The notes beneath the pieces are model-generated. The model saw only the letters and a list, made by a program, of their open reading frames with translations. It was not told the origin of the DNA and made no database searches. From IMG/VR virus record IMGVR_UViG_3300046463_000548, positions 64,001-128,000 of that record: a stretch of 64,000 bases of DNA. One strand, 5' to 3'. This document shows positions 1-8,742 of the stretch, one piece after another (position 1 is the first letter of the stretch; each line of letters opens with the position of its first letter). The DNA is from a virus. The translations under genes and the position numbers were made by a program.

Positions 1-1
1 C

Positions 2-145
2 AGGGATGAAGCGGAAGGCCGGATTGACTGGGTCGTGATTTACGGCGCAACTCCAAAGCAGGCTGTGCAGATCGTGCAGCGGCAGATGCGTGTAGCACAG
101 AAGCCCGGTGCGCTGATCGAAAGCGTGCGGGCCGTAGCTCTTTGA
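2..145 (+). CDS. 3' end of a hypothetical protein (truncated by window edge)
   Basis: Open frame from position 2 (RDEAEGRIDWVVIYG...VRAVAL*) ending just before the next gene's SD (gagga). Confidence 0.55.
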   Translation, partial: RDEAEGRIDWVVIYGATPKQAVQIVQRQMRVAQKPGALIESVRAVAL

Positions 146-161
146 TCGAAGCGAGGACAAA

Positions 162-392
162 ATGAAGAATCTCGGAACGGTGAACGGGTTTGTTGAAATG
201 ACGGCGCGCATCAAGGGAAAGATGTTTTTCTTTGACGGAACGACGCTGGGTCTGACGAACGCTGCAATCAAGGCAGGGGCTGTCGAGGGAACCCGGATTG
301 AAAGCGAGTTCGGAACGCACGTGCTGGAAGCGAATCCGTGCGAAACGCGCGTGCCCGAAAAGCTCTGGGCCGTTCGTGCTTCCAACAGCTAA
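162..392 (+). CDS. hypothetical phage protein
   Basis: ATG with GAGGA SD; co-oriented with dense early gene array. Confidence 0.7.
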   Translation: MKNLGTVNGFVEMTARIKGKMFFFDGTTLGLTNAAIKAGAVEGTRIESEFGTHVLEANPCETRVPEKLWAVRASNS

Positions 393-437
393 CCACTTCA
401 CAATTGCACAAAACCACACAACGTAAGGAGCCACACC

Positions 438-764
438 ATGTCGAACTTTCCGCAAAAATGGATCATCTGCGGGTGCTGCTCTGGCAACGGGCGCGTCGAG
501 AATCAGGCGTTCTCCAACGGCTTCTCTTCGAGCGAGTGGGCAGACATGGACCAGGACGGACGGGACGCGTACATGCGCGGTGACTACGACGTTACCTGCG
601 ATCCTTGCAGGGGTTCGGGCAAGGTGCAAGTCCCGGACGCGTCGCGTATGACGTTCGCACAGAAGCGCGAGTACGTGCTCGAACTGCGCGAGGCACGCGA
701 AGAAGCTGCCGATCTGGCCGACATGCGCCGCGAAGAAGCCGCAGAGCGCCGCATGGGTTGCTGA
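438..764 (+). CDS. small protein with DnaJ-like CxxCxGxG zinc-finger motifs
   Basis: AAGGAG SD; CGCCSGNG and CDPCRGSG motifs. Confidence 0.75.
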   Translation: MSNFPQKWIICGCCSGNGRVENQAFSNGFSSSEWADMDQDGRDAYMRGDYDVTCDPCRGSGKVQVPDASRMTFAQKREYVLELREAREEAADLADMRREEAAERRMGC

Positions 765-787
765 CCGAACACAAAGAAGGGGATGCA

Positions 788-1054
788 ATGAAAGTCATGA
801 TTAACGATCAGCCGTACGTGTCGGTTGCCCTGCTCGAACGGGCGCTCGCTGCACACGGTGAAGCGCTCCAAGCGTACCGGCAACTTTGCGTAGAAACGAA
901 CGGCTGGTCGATCCCGGAGGGCTTGACCGAGCGTCAGAAGGAAAACATCCGCGCGAGCCTCAACGGATTCGAACGACAGGCGGATCGCTCGGAGAAGGTG
1001 GCGGAAAAATTGCGTCGCGACATCGCTGCGCTGAACGAACAAGCATCTGCTTAA
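788..1054 (+). CDS. hypothetical protein
   Basis: Start re-called at MKVMIND (ATG 788) after AAGGGG SD. Confidence 0.7.
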   Translation: MKVMINDQPYVSVALLERALAAHGEALQAYRQLCVETNGWSIPEGLTERQKENIRASLNGFERQADRSEKVAEKLRRDIAALNEQASA

Positions 1055-1067
1055 CAAAGGAAAAACG

Positions 1068-1619
1068 ATGACCACTATTTGCTGCCCGTCCTGCGACTGG
1101 ACCGGCTATTCGTACGAAGCGAACAGCCTGACCAACGATCAACTTCGCGCACTGCAACCCGGCACGCCGGTACCGTACGGCGCGTGCCCGCTCTGCCGCA
1201 CGCCGCTCATTCCGGGCCAGGTCTTCGCGACCGACGAACTTCACCCGGAATTCGATTGGAACGCGGAACGTCCCGAACGTCAGAACCTCACGCAGTATCA
1301 GCGCGACTGCCTGGTGAACCTGATTGCGAAGCTGGTGCCGGACCATCCGGGTTTCCTGGGCTCGAACGAAATCGCGTTTGCTCTGCGCTCGACTATCGGG
1401 TCTGAAATCCCTATCGACTGCCCGCCGTTCAACCAGTTGACGTTGGCCCCGTACATGCAATCGTGGGTCTATCCGCTGCTGGTCGGCGCACTCTACGGTG
1501 AGCCGTATCCTGGACATCGTCGCCATGTGACAGACGACGCCGCACAAGTGCGCAACGCAGTGAAGATCAAGCGCATCGCGCCAGAACAGACGGGCAGCAC
1601 GGACGAGCTTCTATCATGA
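1068..1619 (+). CDS. hypothetical protein with N-terminal zinc ribbon
   Basis: AAGGA SD; CPSC...CPLC. Confidence 0.7.
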   Translation: MTTICCPSCDWTGYSYEANSLTNDQLRALQPGTPVPYGACPLCRTPLIPGQVFATDELHPEFDWNAERPERQNLTQYQRDCLVNLIAKLVPDHPGFLGSNEIAFALRSTIGSEIPIDCPPFNQLTLAPYMQSWVYPLLVGALYGEPYPGHRRHVTDDAAQVRNAVKIKRIAPEQTGSTDELLS

Positions 1620-1831
1620 CGACTACTGGACGCGAAAAGCGCATACCACTATCCGAGCGCGAGGTTCGGTTCATCATTAAGAAGGCGGGGCACCACCGGC
1701 CGCTTGAACTGACGTTTGGTCGGCGCGTGTGCCTGCGCGTCACGGATGAGAGCGCGTGGGCTATTCCGTACGTCATGGTCTGTCGCCTGCAAACGATAGA
1801 CCAACTCATTCAATACGGCGTGCTGCATTAA
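1616..1831 (+). CDS. hypothetical protein
   Basis: ATGA overlap with upstream gene. Confidence 0.55.
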   Translation: MTTTGREKRIPLSEREVRFIIKKAGHHRPLELTFGRRVCLRVTDESAWAIPYVMVCRLQTIDQLIQYGVLH

Positions 1832-1864
1832 CCAACGTGCACGGCAAGTAATAAAGGAGAAGAA

Positions 1865-2164
1865 ATGTCGGTCGAAGATTTGCACGAAGTTGCAGGCGTC
1901 ACAGGTGGTCACGCAGTGGTCAAGATTCAGTCCGGGACCGATCACAAATGGATCGAGCTTTACGACGACGAGTGGGATACGATTCTCGGCACGCTGCCTG
2001 CGGAGACGGGCGCGGATACGATCAGCACAGTGCTAAGCATGATCAATCGCGCGTTTGATCGCGGCTTCGAAACGGGCAAGGCACGCAAGCAATACGAACT
2101 GTGTGAAGTGCTCGGAGTGCATCGGCTCGTGCGTGATCTGAAGGACGAAATCAGGGAAAGGTGA
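1865..2164 (+). CDS. hypothetical protein
   Basis: AAGGAG SD, ATG. Confidence 0.7.
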   Translation: MSVEDLHEVAGVTGGHAVVKIQSGTDHKWIELYDDEWDTILGTLPAETGADTISTVLSMINRAFDRGFETGKARKQYELCEVLGVHRLVRDLKDEIRER

Positions 2165-2349
2165 CTGGAGTGATAACGGAGAAAGAGTTGCCAAAGGGCT
2201 ACGCGTGCGAAGCTTGTGGCACGGAGCACCGGTTCCCTGCCTATGTGTACGCACACTGGGAGGTGCGGATTACGCACTCGTGCGACTGCGGGGCGAAGCA
2301 CAGCGTTCTGTGCGGCGTTGCTACACTTGTTGAACAAAACGAAGAATAG
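2161..2349 (+). CDS. small zinc-ribbon protein
   Basis: GTGA overlap; CEAC...CDCG. Confidence 0.6.
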   Translation: MTGVITEKELPKGYACEACGTEHRFPAYVYAHWEVRITHSCDCGAKHSVLCGVATLVEQNEE

Positions 2350-2377
2350 TTGACGGTTTGTGCAGGACCTGTATAAT
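2350..2377 (+). promoter_or_regulatory. sigma70-type early promoter
   Basis: TTGACG-16 nt-TATAAT in an intergenic gap. Confidence 0.75.
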
Positions 2378-2419
2378 CGGTTCTGTTGGTGTTGGAGGTG
2401 AAACGAATCGGGGATCGAA

Positions 2420-2662
2420 ATGAGCAAATTTACTGACCAGTTTGACGCGGTGGTGGCGGCGTTGAATAGTGCACCATTCGCCGCGCAAGTTGCTTGGGAT
2501 TCAGCAAGTTGCCATGCTCAAGACGTTCTTGGTGGCGAAGCATGCAAGTGGGAAACGGAGGCATTCAAGGAATACGTTGTCGGCTGCGTTGACCAAGCTT
2601 CGTACTTTCAGGAAAGCGCTGAGGCACGGGAGTTTTTCGAAGAATTCGGTATCTTTGGCTGA
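2420..2662 (+). CDS. hypothetical protein
   Basis: First ORF after promoter; GGGGA SD. Confidence 0.7.
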   Translation: MSKFTDQFDAVVAALNSAPFAAQVAWDSASCHAQDVLGGEACKWETEAFKEYVVGCVDQASYFQESAEAREFFEEFGIFG

Positions 2663-2672
2663 GGGGAACGGG

Positions 2673-3062
2673 ATGGACGGACAAGTGATCGACGTTTCTG
2701 TGTGCTCTGATCTGTACGTAGCGGGCCGCACCGAAGACGGTGAAATGTACACGGCCGAAGTTTATCTGGTGTGCGCTGAATTTGCGGACGGTTCCGTGTA
2801 CGCGCATAGCGAGCGCTTCAAGGGCTGCAAGATCGAAGAGTGGGCAGACGAAGACGATCACGGTACCGCGTTCGTTGACATCCGTGAAGAACAGAAGGCA
2901 AAGGCCGAGAAACTGGCTGCGCGTGTCAATCAGTGTGTGGCTACAGGCCGCAAGCTCGATCCGCAGTTCTGGACGTTTCATCGCACAGTGTACGGGTCTT
3001 CAGCCTACCTCCACGAAGTTGCAGAAATGACGCCACGCCAACGCGCGGGCGAACCGGATTAA
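2673..3062 (+). CDS. hypothetical acidic protein
   Basis: Start re-called at MDGQVID after GAGGGG SD. Confidence 0.7.
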   Translation: MDGQVIDVSVCSDLYVAGRTEDGEMYTAEVYLVCAEFADGSVYAHSERFKGCKIEEWADEDDHGTAFVDIREEQKAKAEKLAARVNQCVATGRKLDPQFWTFHRTVYGSSAYLHEVAEMTPRQRAGEPD

Positions 3063-3073
3063 GGGAGTAGCAG

Positions 3074-3301
3074 ATGGGTATCAAGTACGCCGTAGAGCAG
3101 CGCCTTCGCTTCATTGATTTTTTGGTGTCTCACTACGGCACGATCAACAGGGAAGCGCTCACCGACTACTACGGTATCTCGTTGCCTCAGGCGTCTGACG
3201 ACATCGCTGAGTACAAAAAGATGGCACCGAATAACATCGTGTATGACAACACCAAGAAGACCTACGCAAGGGGCGCACTGTTCGCGCGGGTGTGGGACTG
3301 A
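3074..3301 (+). CDS. stand-alone winged-HTH resembling the N-terminal domain of CapW/BrxR-type WYL repressors
   Basis: QRLRFIDF..G.INR.AL..YYGIS.PQAS.DI..Y...AP.N..YD...K.Y pattern; only 75 aa with no WYL/WCX domain. Confidence 0.75.
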   Translation: MGIKYAVEQRLRFIDFLVSHYGTINREALTDYYGISLPQASDDIAEYKKMAPNNIVYDNTKKTYARGALFARVWD

Positions 3302-3333
3302 TTTTTGACAGAGCGCTACCACTCACACAGGTC

Positions 3334-3741
3334 ATGAAAATAAACAATCCTTTTCCCATAGAGATTGACGAACTGATGGCCCAGATGGCTGCGTTCGAGG
3401 AAGCCAACACGAAAGCGTGTATGGGTCCTGCACAGCGTACGGAGGGATTTCTGCTGCTCGGTACCTTCGCGCAGGCATACGTAAGTCAGGAGGTGTCGAG
3501 TCGTTTTGTCGGCTGGGTGATGGCGTCCATGGCGAGCGGGCGTAGTGTCCTGCCTGAGCCCGGAAGTGCGCACGATCTGCTGCGCTGGTGCAAGAAGTAC
3601 GAAAGTGTCCTGTCCAGTAGTCTGCTAGCGATGGAGGCTTCGAAAACTGACGCTGAAATACTGGAAGACTGTAGGGGCATGCTCGAAGCGTTGCGCGAAA
3701 CAATTAAGGTTGCGGAGAGCGGACAAACAGTGCGTCACTGA
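3334..3741 (+). CDS. hypothetical protein
   Basis: ORF in array; start re-called at MKINNP. Confidence 0.6.
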   Translation: MKINNPFPIEIDELMAQMAAFEEANTKACMGPAQRTEGFLLLGTFAQAYVSQEVSSRFVGWVMASMASGRSVLPEPGSAHDLLRWCKKYESVLSSSLLAMEASKTDAEILEDCRGMLEALRETIKVAESGQTVRH

Positions 3742-3755
3742 CAAGGCAAAGGAAA

Positions 3756-4001
3756 ATGACAAAAGCACAGCTTCAGAAACGGCTCGATGCGCTGGCTTCA
3801 GAGATTAATGCAATCGCTGGGGAACTGACGAAGCAATACGGGGAGGGCGCGAATCTCTACTTCGAGGCTGGCGGCACCATCTACGCGCTGACGCCAGAAC
3901 GACGCGCTCCGTTCAACAGAGATGCAACGCCGAACGAGCGACAGGCGCGGGTCATTGCGTCGAGCAGCGAGTACTGCAACTTTGATTGCGGTGCTTGGTA
4001 G
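3756..4001 (+). CDS. hypothetical protein
   Basis: AAGGA SD. Confidence 0.7.
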   Translation: MTKAQLQKRLDALASEINAIAGELTKQYGEGANLYFEAGGTIYALTPERRAPFNRDATPNERQARVIASSSEYCNFDCGAW

Positions 4002-4017
4002 CAAACACGGATAAACA

Positions 4018-4878
4018 ATGACAAAAAATCTTGATAACGAGCGCGCTGCATTCTCCGCATGGGCACGATCCAAGCGAGTAGCGGATAACGACTTTCACTT
4101 CTCCATCTGGCAAGCGGCGCTTGCATCCACTGCGACGAGTGATCCGGCCGCTGCCTTGCATGCAAGCCAGGTTCGAGCGTTGGCCGCTACCGTTCAGCGC
4201 CGAATCGACGCGTGCGGTGTCGCTGCGAATACGCCAGACGCTGATTATTTCGACGCGTCAACGAACTTGATTATCGCAGCGCGTGAACTGCTGTCTGCTC
4301 TGTGCGGCCAACCGGCCGATGCGACGCCTCTCGATGAGGACGCGTCCAAGGGTGCGACGTGCACTTATCCGCGATGCGCTTGTGCGCAGCCTTGCGCTAG
4401 TCGCGCCAATGGGGCGCGTGAAAAGTGCGCCGGGTGCATAGAGCGTTGCACCAACGATCCGCCCGATTGCTATGCCGCCAATGTGGCAATTGGGGAGCGG
4501 GGAATGTCTCTGCCTGAAGCTGGAACGGCCCTAGCTACAGCATTGGAAGGGGGGCAAGAGCCAGTTGGGTACGCATGGCAAAACGAGTTGGATGCCCTGA
4601 AAAATGGCGAAAAGATTAAGTGCCCGTTGTGGGCAAAGCCGGATGGTGATGAGGGGGAAGTGGCCCTCTATGCCGCCCCGCAACCAGCACAGGCACAGGT
4701 GAAGCTGACGGAGATTCAGCAGGCCATCGCCGACTATCACTTCGCTCTCGACACTCGCGCCCACGGCGGGGTTGCTCAGGACCGCGCGTTCAATGCGATT
4801 TGCAACGTGCTGGGCATGCACTGGAAACAGGGGGAGGAATTTGATCGACGCGCCAGAATGACGACGAGGACTGAATGA
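4018..4878 (+). CDS. mosaic phage early protein (EPVGY...LYAAPQP module, Cys-rich segment)
   Basis: Module typical of accessory Ea/Eaa-like proteins of proteobacterial phages. Confidence 0.6.
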   Translation: MTKNLDNERAAFSAWARSKRVADNDFHFSIWQAALASTATSDPAAALHASQVRALAATVQRRIDACGVAANTPDADYFDASTNLIIAARELLSALCGQPADATPLDEDASKGATCTYPRCACAQPCASRANGAREKCAGCIERCTNDPPDCYAANVAIGERGMSLPEAGTALATALEGGQEPVGYAWQNELDALKNGEKIKCPLWAKPDGDEGEVALYAAPQPAQAQVKLTEIQQAIADYHFALDTRAHGGVAQDRAFNAICNVLGMHWKQGEEFDRRARMTTRTE

Positions 4879-5288
4879 AGGTATCTGAATTGACCGGCGC
4901 AACGCTGGACTACTGGGTCGCCCGAGCCGAGGGCTTCAAGCAAGCCGATGGGCATTCTGACCCGATGACGTTGCAGTTTCCTGCCGGAAGCCTGTACGAT
5001 TTCCAGTTCGGCTACACAGCGCCACCGTTTTCGAGCGCCTGGCGATATGGTGGCCCGATCATTCAGCGCGAGAACATCGGCTTTCGTCGCGAGCGCGGAC
5101 TGGACGGTAGTGAGTATTGGGCCGCAGTGGTTGACCAGTTGTATCTGCATGAGCAGGACATCTATCAGGGCGGCGCTAATGAGTTCGGCCCTACACAGCT
5201 AATTGCCGCGATGCGTGCTTGGGTCAAAAGCAAGTTTGGTGAGACCGTCCACCTGGACACACAAGGGGAAGTGACGCCCACTGACTGA
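4875..5288 (+). CDS. NinX/DUF2591-like phage protein
   Basis: SELTG..LDYWVA.AEG...W..GGPII.RE.I...GPT.LIAAMRA. Confidence 0.75.
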   Translation: MKVSELTGATLDYWVARAEGFKQADGHSDPMTLQFPAGSLYDFQFGYTAPPFSSAWRYGGPIIQRENIGFRRERGLDGSEYWAAVVDQLYLHEQDIYQGGANEFGPTQLIAAMRAWVKSKFGETVHLDTQGEVTPTD

Positions 5289-5355
5289 TGCAAACTGCAT
5301 ATGTCCATGCTGTGATTTACAATTCGACGTTGCGAAAAACTACAGAGAATAAGAA

Positions 5356-5577
5356 ATGCTGTTCTTTCGGGATCGAAAAAAGGGTACCGGCGACATACCG
5401 GTAGTAAGACAGTTCTCGCGCCACGGCAACGACACGCTAGTACGCTGCCCGTTCTGCGCGGAGCCCACGGTTATTGAAGGCCCTGACAGGCACGTTTTCG
5501 GCAAGAGCCTGGTGCATGGCTGCGGCCATTCATTCATCGTGGCACGGGACGCAGAATATGACCCGTCGATAGAGTGA
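5356..5577 (+). CDS. small zinc-ribbon protein
   Basis: RCPFC...HGCGH. Confidence 0.55.
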   Translation: MLFFRDRKKGTGDIPVVRQFSRHGNDTLVRCPFCAEPTVIEGPDRHVFGKSLVHGCGHSFIVARDAEYDPSIE

Positions 5578-5708
5578 TGCTGCTGCTGTAGCACGACACC
5601 TAGTGGGTTGGTTGAAGACTGGGGTGACAAACAGTTGAGCATCGGCAGCACAGCCAGAGCGAATGTGCATGGGCCGCAAACAATGCAGTCAAGCAAGGAT
5701 AGAACAGA

Positions 5709-6527
5709 ATGACAAAGGTGTCTCACGCGCCTCATGGGCTGGAAGCGTTTCAATGGCCGAAGCTGCCGGATTTACCGGCTCCGGAGAAGGTCGAGCTAAA
5801 AGGGCCATCGTTCGCGCACGCGCAACCGATCAACTACTTTACCGAGCATCAGATGCAAGGCTATGCAAACGCGTACGGCGAAGCTGTTCGTGCTGCCGTC
5901 ACGGCCGACAAGCTGGCGGTGCAAGAGGTGATGGGTTTCGATGAATTCTGGCGGATGCTTGCAGCGAAAGGCTACAGGTGCGATTTCGATAGAGTGGACA
6001 GTGCTTATTTCGGATACAAGTTGGCTATCGAACTTGCCGCGCAGTCTGCTGAGCACGACACAACTCCGCAAGACCGGGCAGGGTGGATTGATGCGAACGT
6101 GTCTGGAAATCCAACGCTGCTACAGGCCATGAAAAACATTGCGAACGCCGCTCCCGATAATGGCGCAGGCGATCACACGACAGCACAGCCGGTGCAGAGT
6201 GAGCAGGCGCGGACATCGGAGAACCTCATGGAAATGACCAATGAGACTTTGAAAGGCATGCGCGCGTTGCTGTCGAGACGCGCTAGTGCAGTTCAAGTGC
6301 TGCGCGAGCGGCTTGCCCAATCCAAGCAAGCCCTGACGACGCTATCAGCGATGAAGGGCGCGGAGCTTTTGCCTCTGATCGACGCGTACGGAGCAGCCGA
6401 GCGCCGGTTTGGTTACTACGAAGGGTCTGGCGAGGTCTTTAATGATGCGGTCAAGAGAGCAGAGGCACAATTGAACGGAATTCGCGCACGGGCCAGGGAG
6501 AAAACAGGCAATGGCAAAGTTGAATGA
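5709..6527 (+). CDS. mosaic hypothetical phage protein
   Basis: Long ORF in array, AGGA SD. Confidence 0.65.
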   Translation: MTKVSHAPHGLEAFQWPKLPDLPAPEKVELKGPSFAHAQPINYFTEHQMQGYANAYGEAVRAAVTADKLAVQEVMGFDEFWRMLAAKGYRCDFDRVDSAYFGYKLAIELAAQSAEHDTTPQDRAGWIDANVSGNPTLLQAMKNIANAAPDNGAGDHTTAQPVQSEQARTSENLMEMTNETLKGMRALLSRRASAVQVLRERLAQSKQALTTLSAMKGAELLPLIDAYGAAERRFGYYEGSGEVFNDAVKRAEAQLNGIRARAREKTGNGKVE

Positions 6528-6876
6528 GGAAGCAAAAAAGCTGCTGGAAGATGCAACGGTGGAGCGGGCGGATTGGAGTGACCGAGAGTTGAACATCCAT
6601 CCAGATTTTGCGGCTGACTATCGCTCGTTTCTGAAAACATGGAGCAATCAGACGCCAACGGAAGACATGAAGTCGCTGTGCTTCTACTACTTCCGTATGG
6701 GATCAATCAGCGCCGCACTCACCCACGAAAAGAGCTTGCCACTGAGCGTGGAACAAAAAGCCGCTCTCGATCTGGCGGTGCTGAATCTCAAGACTCACGG
6801 CGATGATCAGTTGCTGGCTGCGGTAAAGCCGATCATCGAGTATTTGCAACGCGTTTCGCAAGCGCCAAGTATTTAA
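6511..6876 (+). CDS. hypothetical protein
   Basis: Short overlap with upstream gene. Confidence 0.65.
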   Translation: MAKLNEEAKKLLEDATVERADWSDRELNIHPDFAADYRSFLKTWSNQTPTEDMKSLCFYYFRMGSISAALTHEKSLPLSVEQKAALDLAVLNLKTHGDDQLLAAVKPIIEYLQRVSQAPSI

Positions 6877-6929
6877 CGAAGCAGCAAACAAACCGCAGTA
6901 GAACTAAAACCAAACCACGAGAGACCATC

Positions 6930-7133
6930 ATGTTGAGCAAAATCGCAACGCTGTTGAAAAAGGTTCTGTCCGCAACGAAGCGCCCGGAACTTCCGGAAGA
7001 CCACACCTGGAGTCAGGCGTCGATGACTGCTCAACGTGCCAAGGGCGAGATAGAAGCCCTGCGTCAGGAGTCAGGCAATCGAGCGGCCCCGGCCGATGGC
7101 GCACAAGGTCTGACCGACAGCGCTTCGGCCTGA
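6930..7133 (+). CDS. hypothetical protein
   Basis: ATG ORF in array. Confidence 0.55.
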   Translation: MLSKIATLLKKVLSATKRPELPEDHTWSQASMTAQRAKGEIEALRQESGNRAAPADGAQGLTDSASA

Positions 7134-7150
7134 CGCAAAGGGGGCCGCAC

Positions 7151-7477
7151 ATGCTGCTGCTACTGCTGAAGCTGATAGCCAGGGCTCTTAGGCGAGCCCC
7201 CGATCCGAGGGCGACACGCCGCGCGCAGTGGGCGGCAGTCAAGTCCACGGCCCACATAACGCGCGATCCTGCGCTGATAGCGGCGATTGCAGACGCGGAA
7301 CAACGCGCTAACGAAGCGCTCAGGGAAACGTATGGCTCCGCTGCTATCGCACACCCCACGCCCAAGCAGGCAGATGAACTGTGCGGGCTGGCACTGCGTC
7401 TTGTCTCCGATACAGACGGGTACATCGTAACGAAGAATAGTGAGGATCAACATGTCGGATTGGATTCCCGTAGCTGA
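7151..7477 (+). CDS. hypothetical protein
   Basis: AGGGGG SD. Confidence 0.55.
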   Translation: MLLLLLKLIARALRRAPDPRATRRAQWAAVKSTAHITRDPALIAAIADAEQRANEALRETYGSAAIAHPTPKQADELCGLALRLVSDTDGYIVTKNSEDQHVGLDSRS

Positions 7478-7637
7478 CGCGAAAGTAGACGGCCAACAGT
7501 GCGCCCTGAGGTTCCGTGATCGGTTGGCTTCGTATGAAATCGAAGGCCCGTTCGTTTTGCACGATGACGGCCAATGGTACCGGATCGACCCACCATCGCA
7601 ACTAACGGTCAAGCCGACGCACTTCCGCCTGCTGTAA
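7452..7637 (+). CDS. small hypothetical protein (DUF551-like W...P THF pattern)
   Basis: GAGGA SD; MSDWIPV...KPTHFR. Confidence 0.6.
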   Translation: MSDWIPVADAKVDGQQCALRFRDRLASYEIEGPFVLHDDGQWYRIDPPSQLTVKPTHFRLL

Positions 7638-7639
7638 GC

Positions 7640-7698
7640 GTACACACCGGGATTTACACAACCCGAAAAACGGTCTATAGTACATACGTCGTACACAC
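7640..7698 (+). promoter_or_regulatory. vapBC promoter with GTACAYAC operator-like repeats
   Basis: TTTACA(7653)-17 nt-TATAGT(7676); GTACACAC 7640, GTACATAC 7680, GTACACAC 7691. Confidence 0.7.
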
Positions 7699-7717
7699 AC
7701 GATGTGAGGAACAACGA

Positions 7718-7954
7718 ATGACCACTACACGGGTTTTCAAGAACGGCAACAGTCAGGCCGTTCGTATCCCTGCTGAGCTTGCATATGACCGTACGGATAT
7801 CGATCTTGAAATCGAGCGCGTAGGGGACGAGATTCGCATTCGACCGATTGCCCGACCGCTGACCGGAGTGCTCAGGAAATTCGCGAAGTTCGGTGCAGAT
7901 TTCATGAGCGAGGGGCGCGGTGATCAGGAGCAGACTGAGCGGGAGGGTCTCTGA
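7718..7954 (+). CDS. vapB: AbrB/SpoVT-type antitoxin VapB
   Basis: TRVFKNGNSQAVRIP motif; start re-called at ATG 7718; TGATG coupling to toxin. Confidence 0.92.
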   Translation: MTTTRVFKNGNSQAVRIPAELAYDRTDIDLEIERVGDEIRIRPIARPLTGVLRKFAKFGADFMSEGRGDQEQTEREGL

Positions 7955-8361
7955 TGCCCCGCTACATGCTCGATACCAACATGTGCATCTACCTGATGAA
8001 GAATCAGCCTGAGCAGGTAGCCAAGCGGTTTGCGCAATGTGTCGTGGGCGATGTGGTGATGTCTGCCATCACGTACGCAGAGCTTGAATACGGCGTGGCT
8101 GTTTGCGAAAACCCTGCACGCGAGCGGCGTAATCTTTCATCGCTGATCGAGGACATTCCGGTCGTTCCGTTTGATGCACCGGCCGCCGTTGCGTACGGGC
8201 CGATTCGGCAAGCCACCCGCGACAAGAAAAAGGACCATCTGGACAAGCTCATAGCAGCGCACGCGGTTTCCCTTGACGTTCTGCTGGTCACGAACAACAC
8301 AAAGGACTTCGTGCAGTATCCGGGCGTCCGTCTGGAAAACTGGCTTGATGAAAGCCACTGA
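7954..8361 (+). CDS. vapC: PIN-domain toxin VapC
   Basis: YMLDTN...SAITYAELEYG...DKLIAAHA...LVTNNTKDF...ENW. Confidence 0.95.
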   Translation: MPRYMLDTNMCIYLMKNQPEQVAKRFAQCVVGDVVMSAITYAELEYGVAVCENPARERRNLSSLIEDIPVVPFDAPAAVAYGPIRQATRDKKKDHLDKLIAAHAVSLDVLLVTNNTKDFVQYPGVRLENWLDESH

Positions 8362-8373
8362 TCAGGGGTTCCT

Positions 8374-8742
8374 GTGGTTAATCTGAATGCGCTGTTCAAG
8401 CTGAAGAAGCCGTGTGAAAACTGCCCGTTCCGCAAGGTCGGAGCAATCCAACTGCGGCCGGGTCGTGTGGAAGCAATCGTTGACGGCTTGATTCGAAACG
8501 ATCAGTCCACGTTCCATTGTCACAAGACTGTGCATGGGCCGAAGGGTGGCGGTGACGGCGAACTGACGGGCGAAGAAAGCTACTGCACGGGCTCTATGAT
8601 CTACTTGCAGAAGATCGGCCAGCCGAACGTGGCGATGCGTATGGGTGCCGGGTTGAAGATGTTCAAGCCTGACGATCTGGCTGCTCAGTACGATGTCGTG
8701 CTCGATGAGATTCCAATCAACCACGAAACAGACGATGACTGA
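8374..8742 (+). CDS. Cys/His-rich protein (DUF6283-like)
   Basis: PCENCPFRK...FHCHKT...CTG. Confidence 0.6.
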   Translation: MVNLNALFKLKKPCENCPFRKVGAIQLRPGRVEAIVDGLIRNDQSTFHCHKTVHGPKGGGDGELTGEESYCTGSMIYLQKIGQPNVAMRMGAGLKMFKPDDLAAQYDVVLDEIPINHETDDD

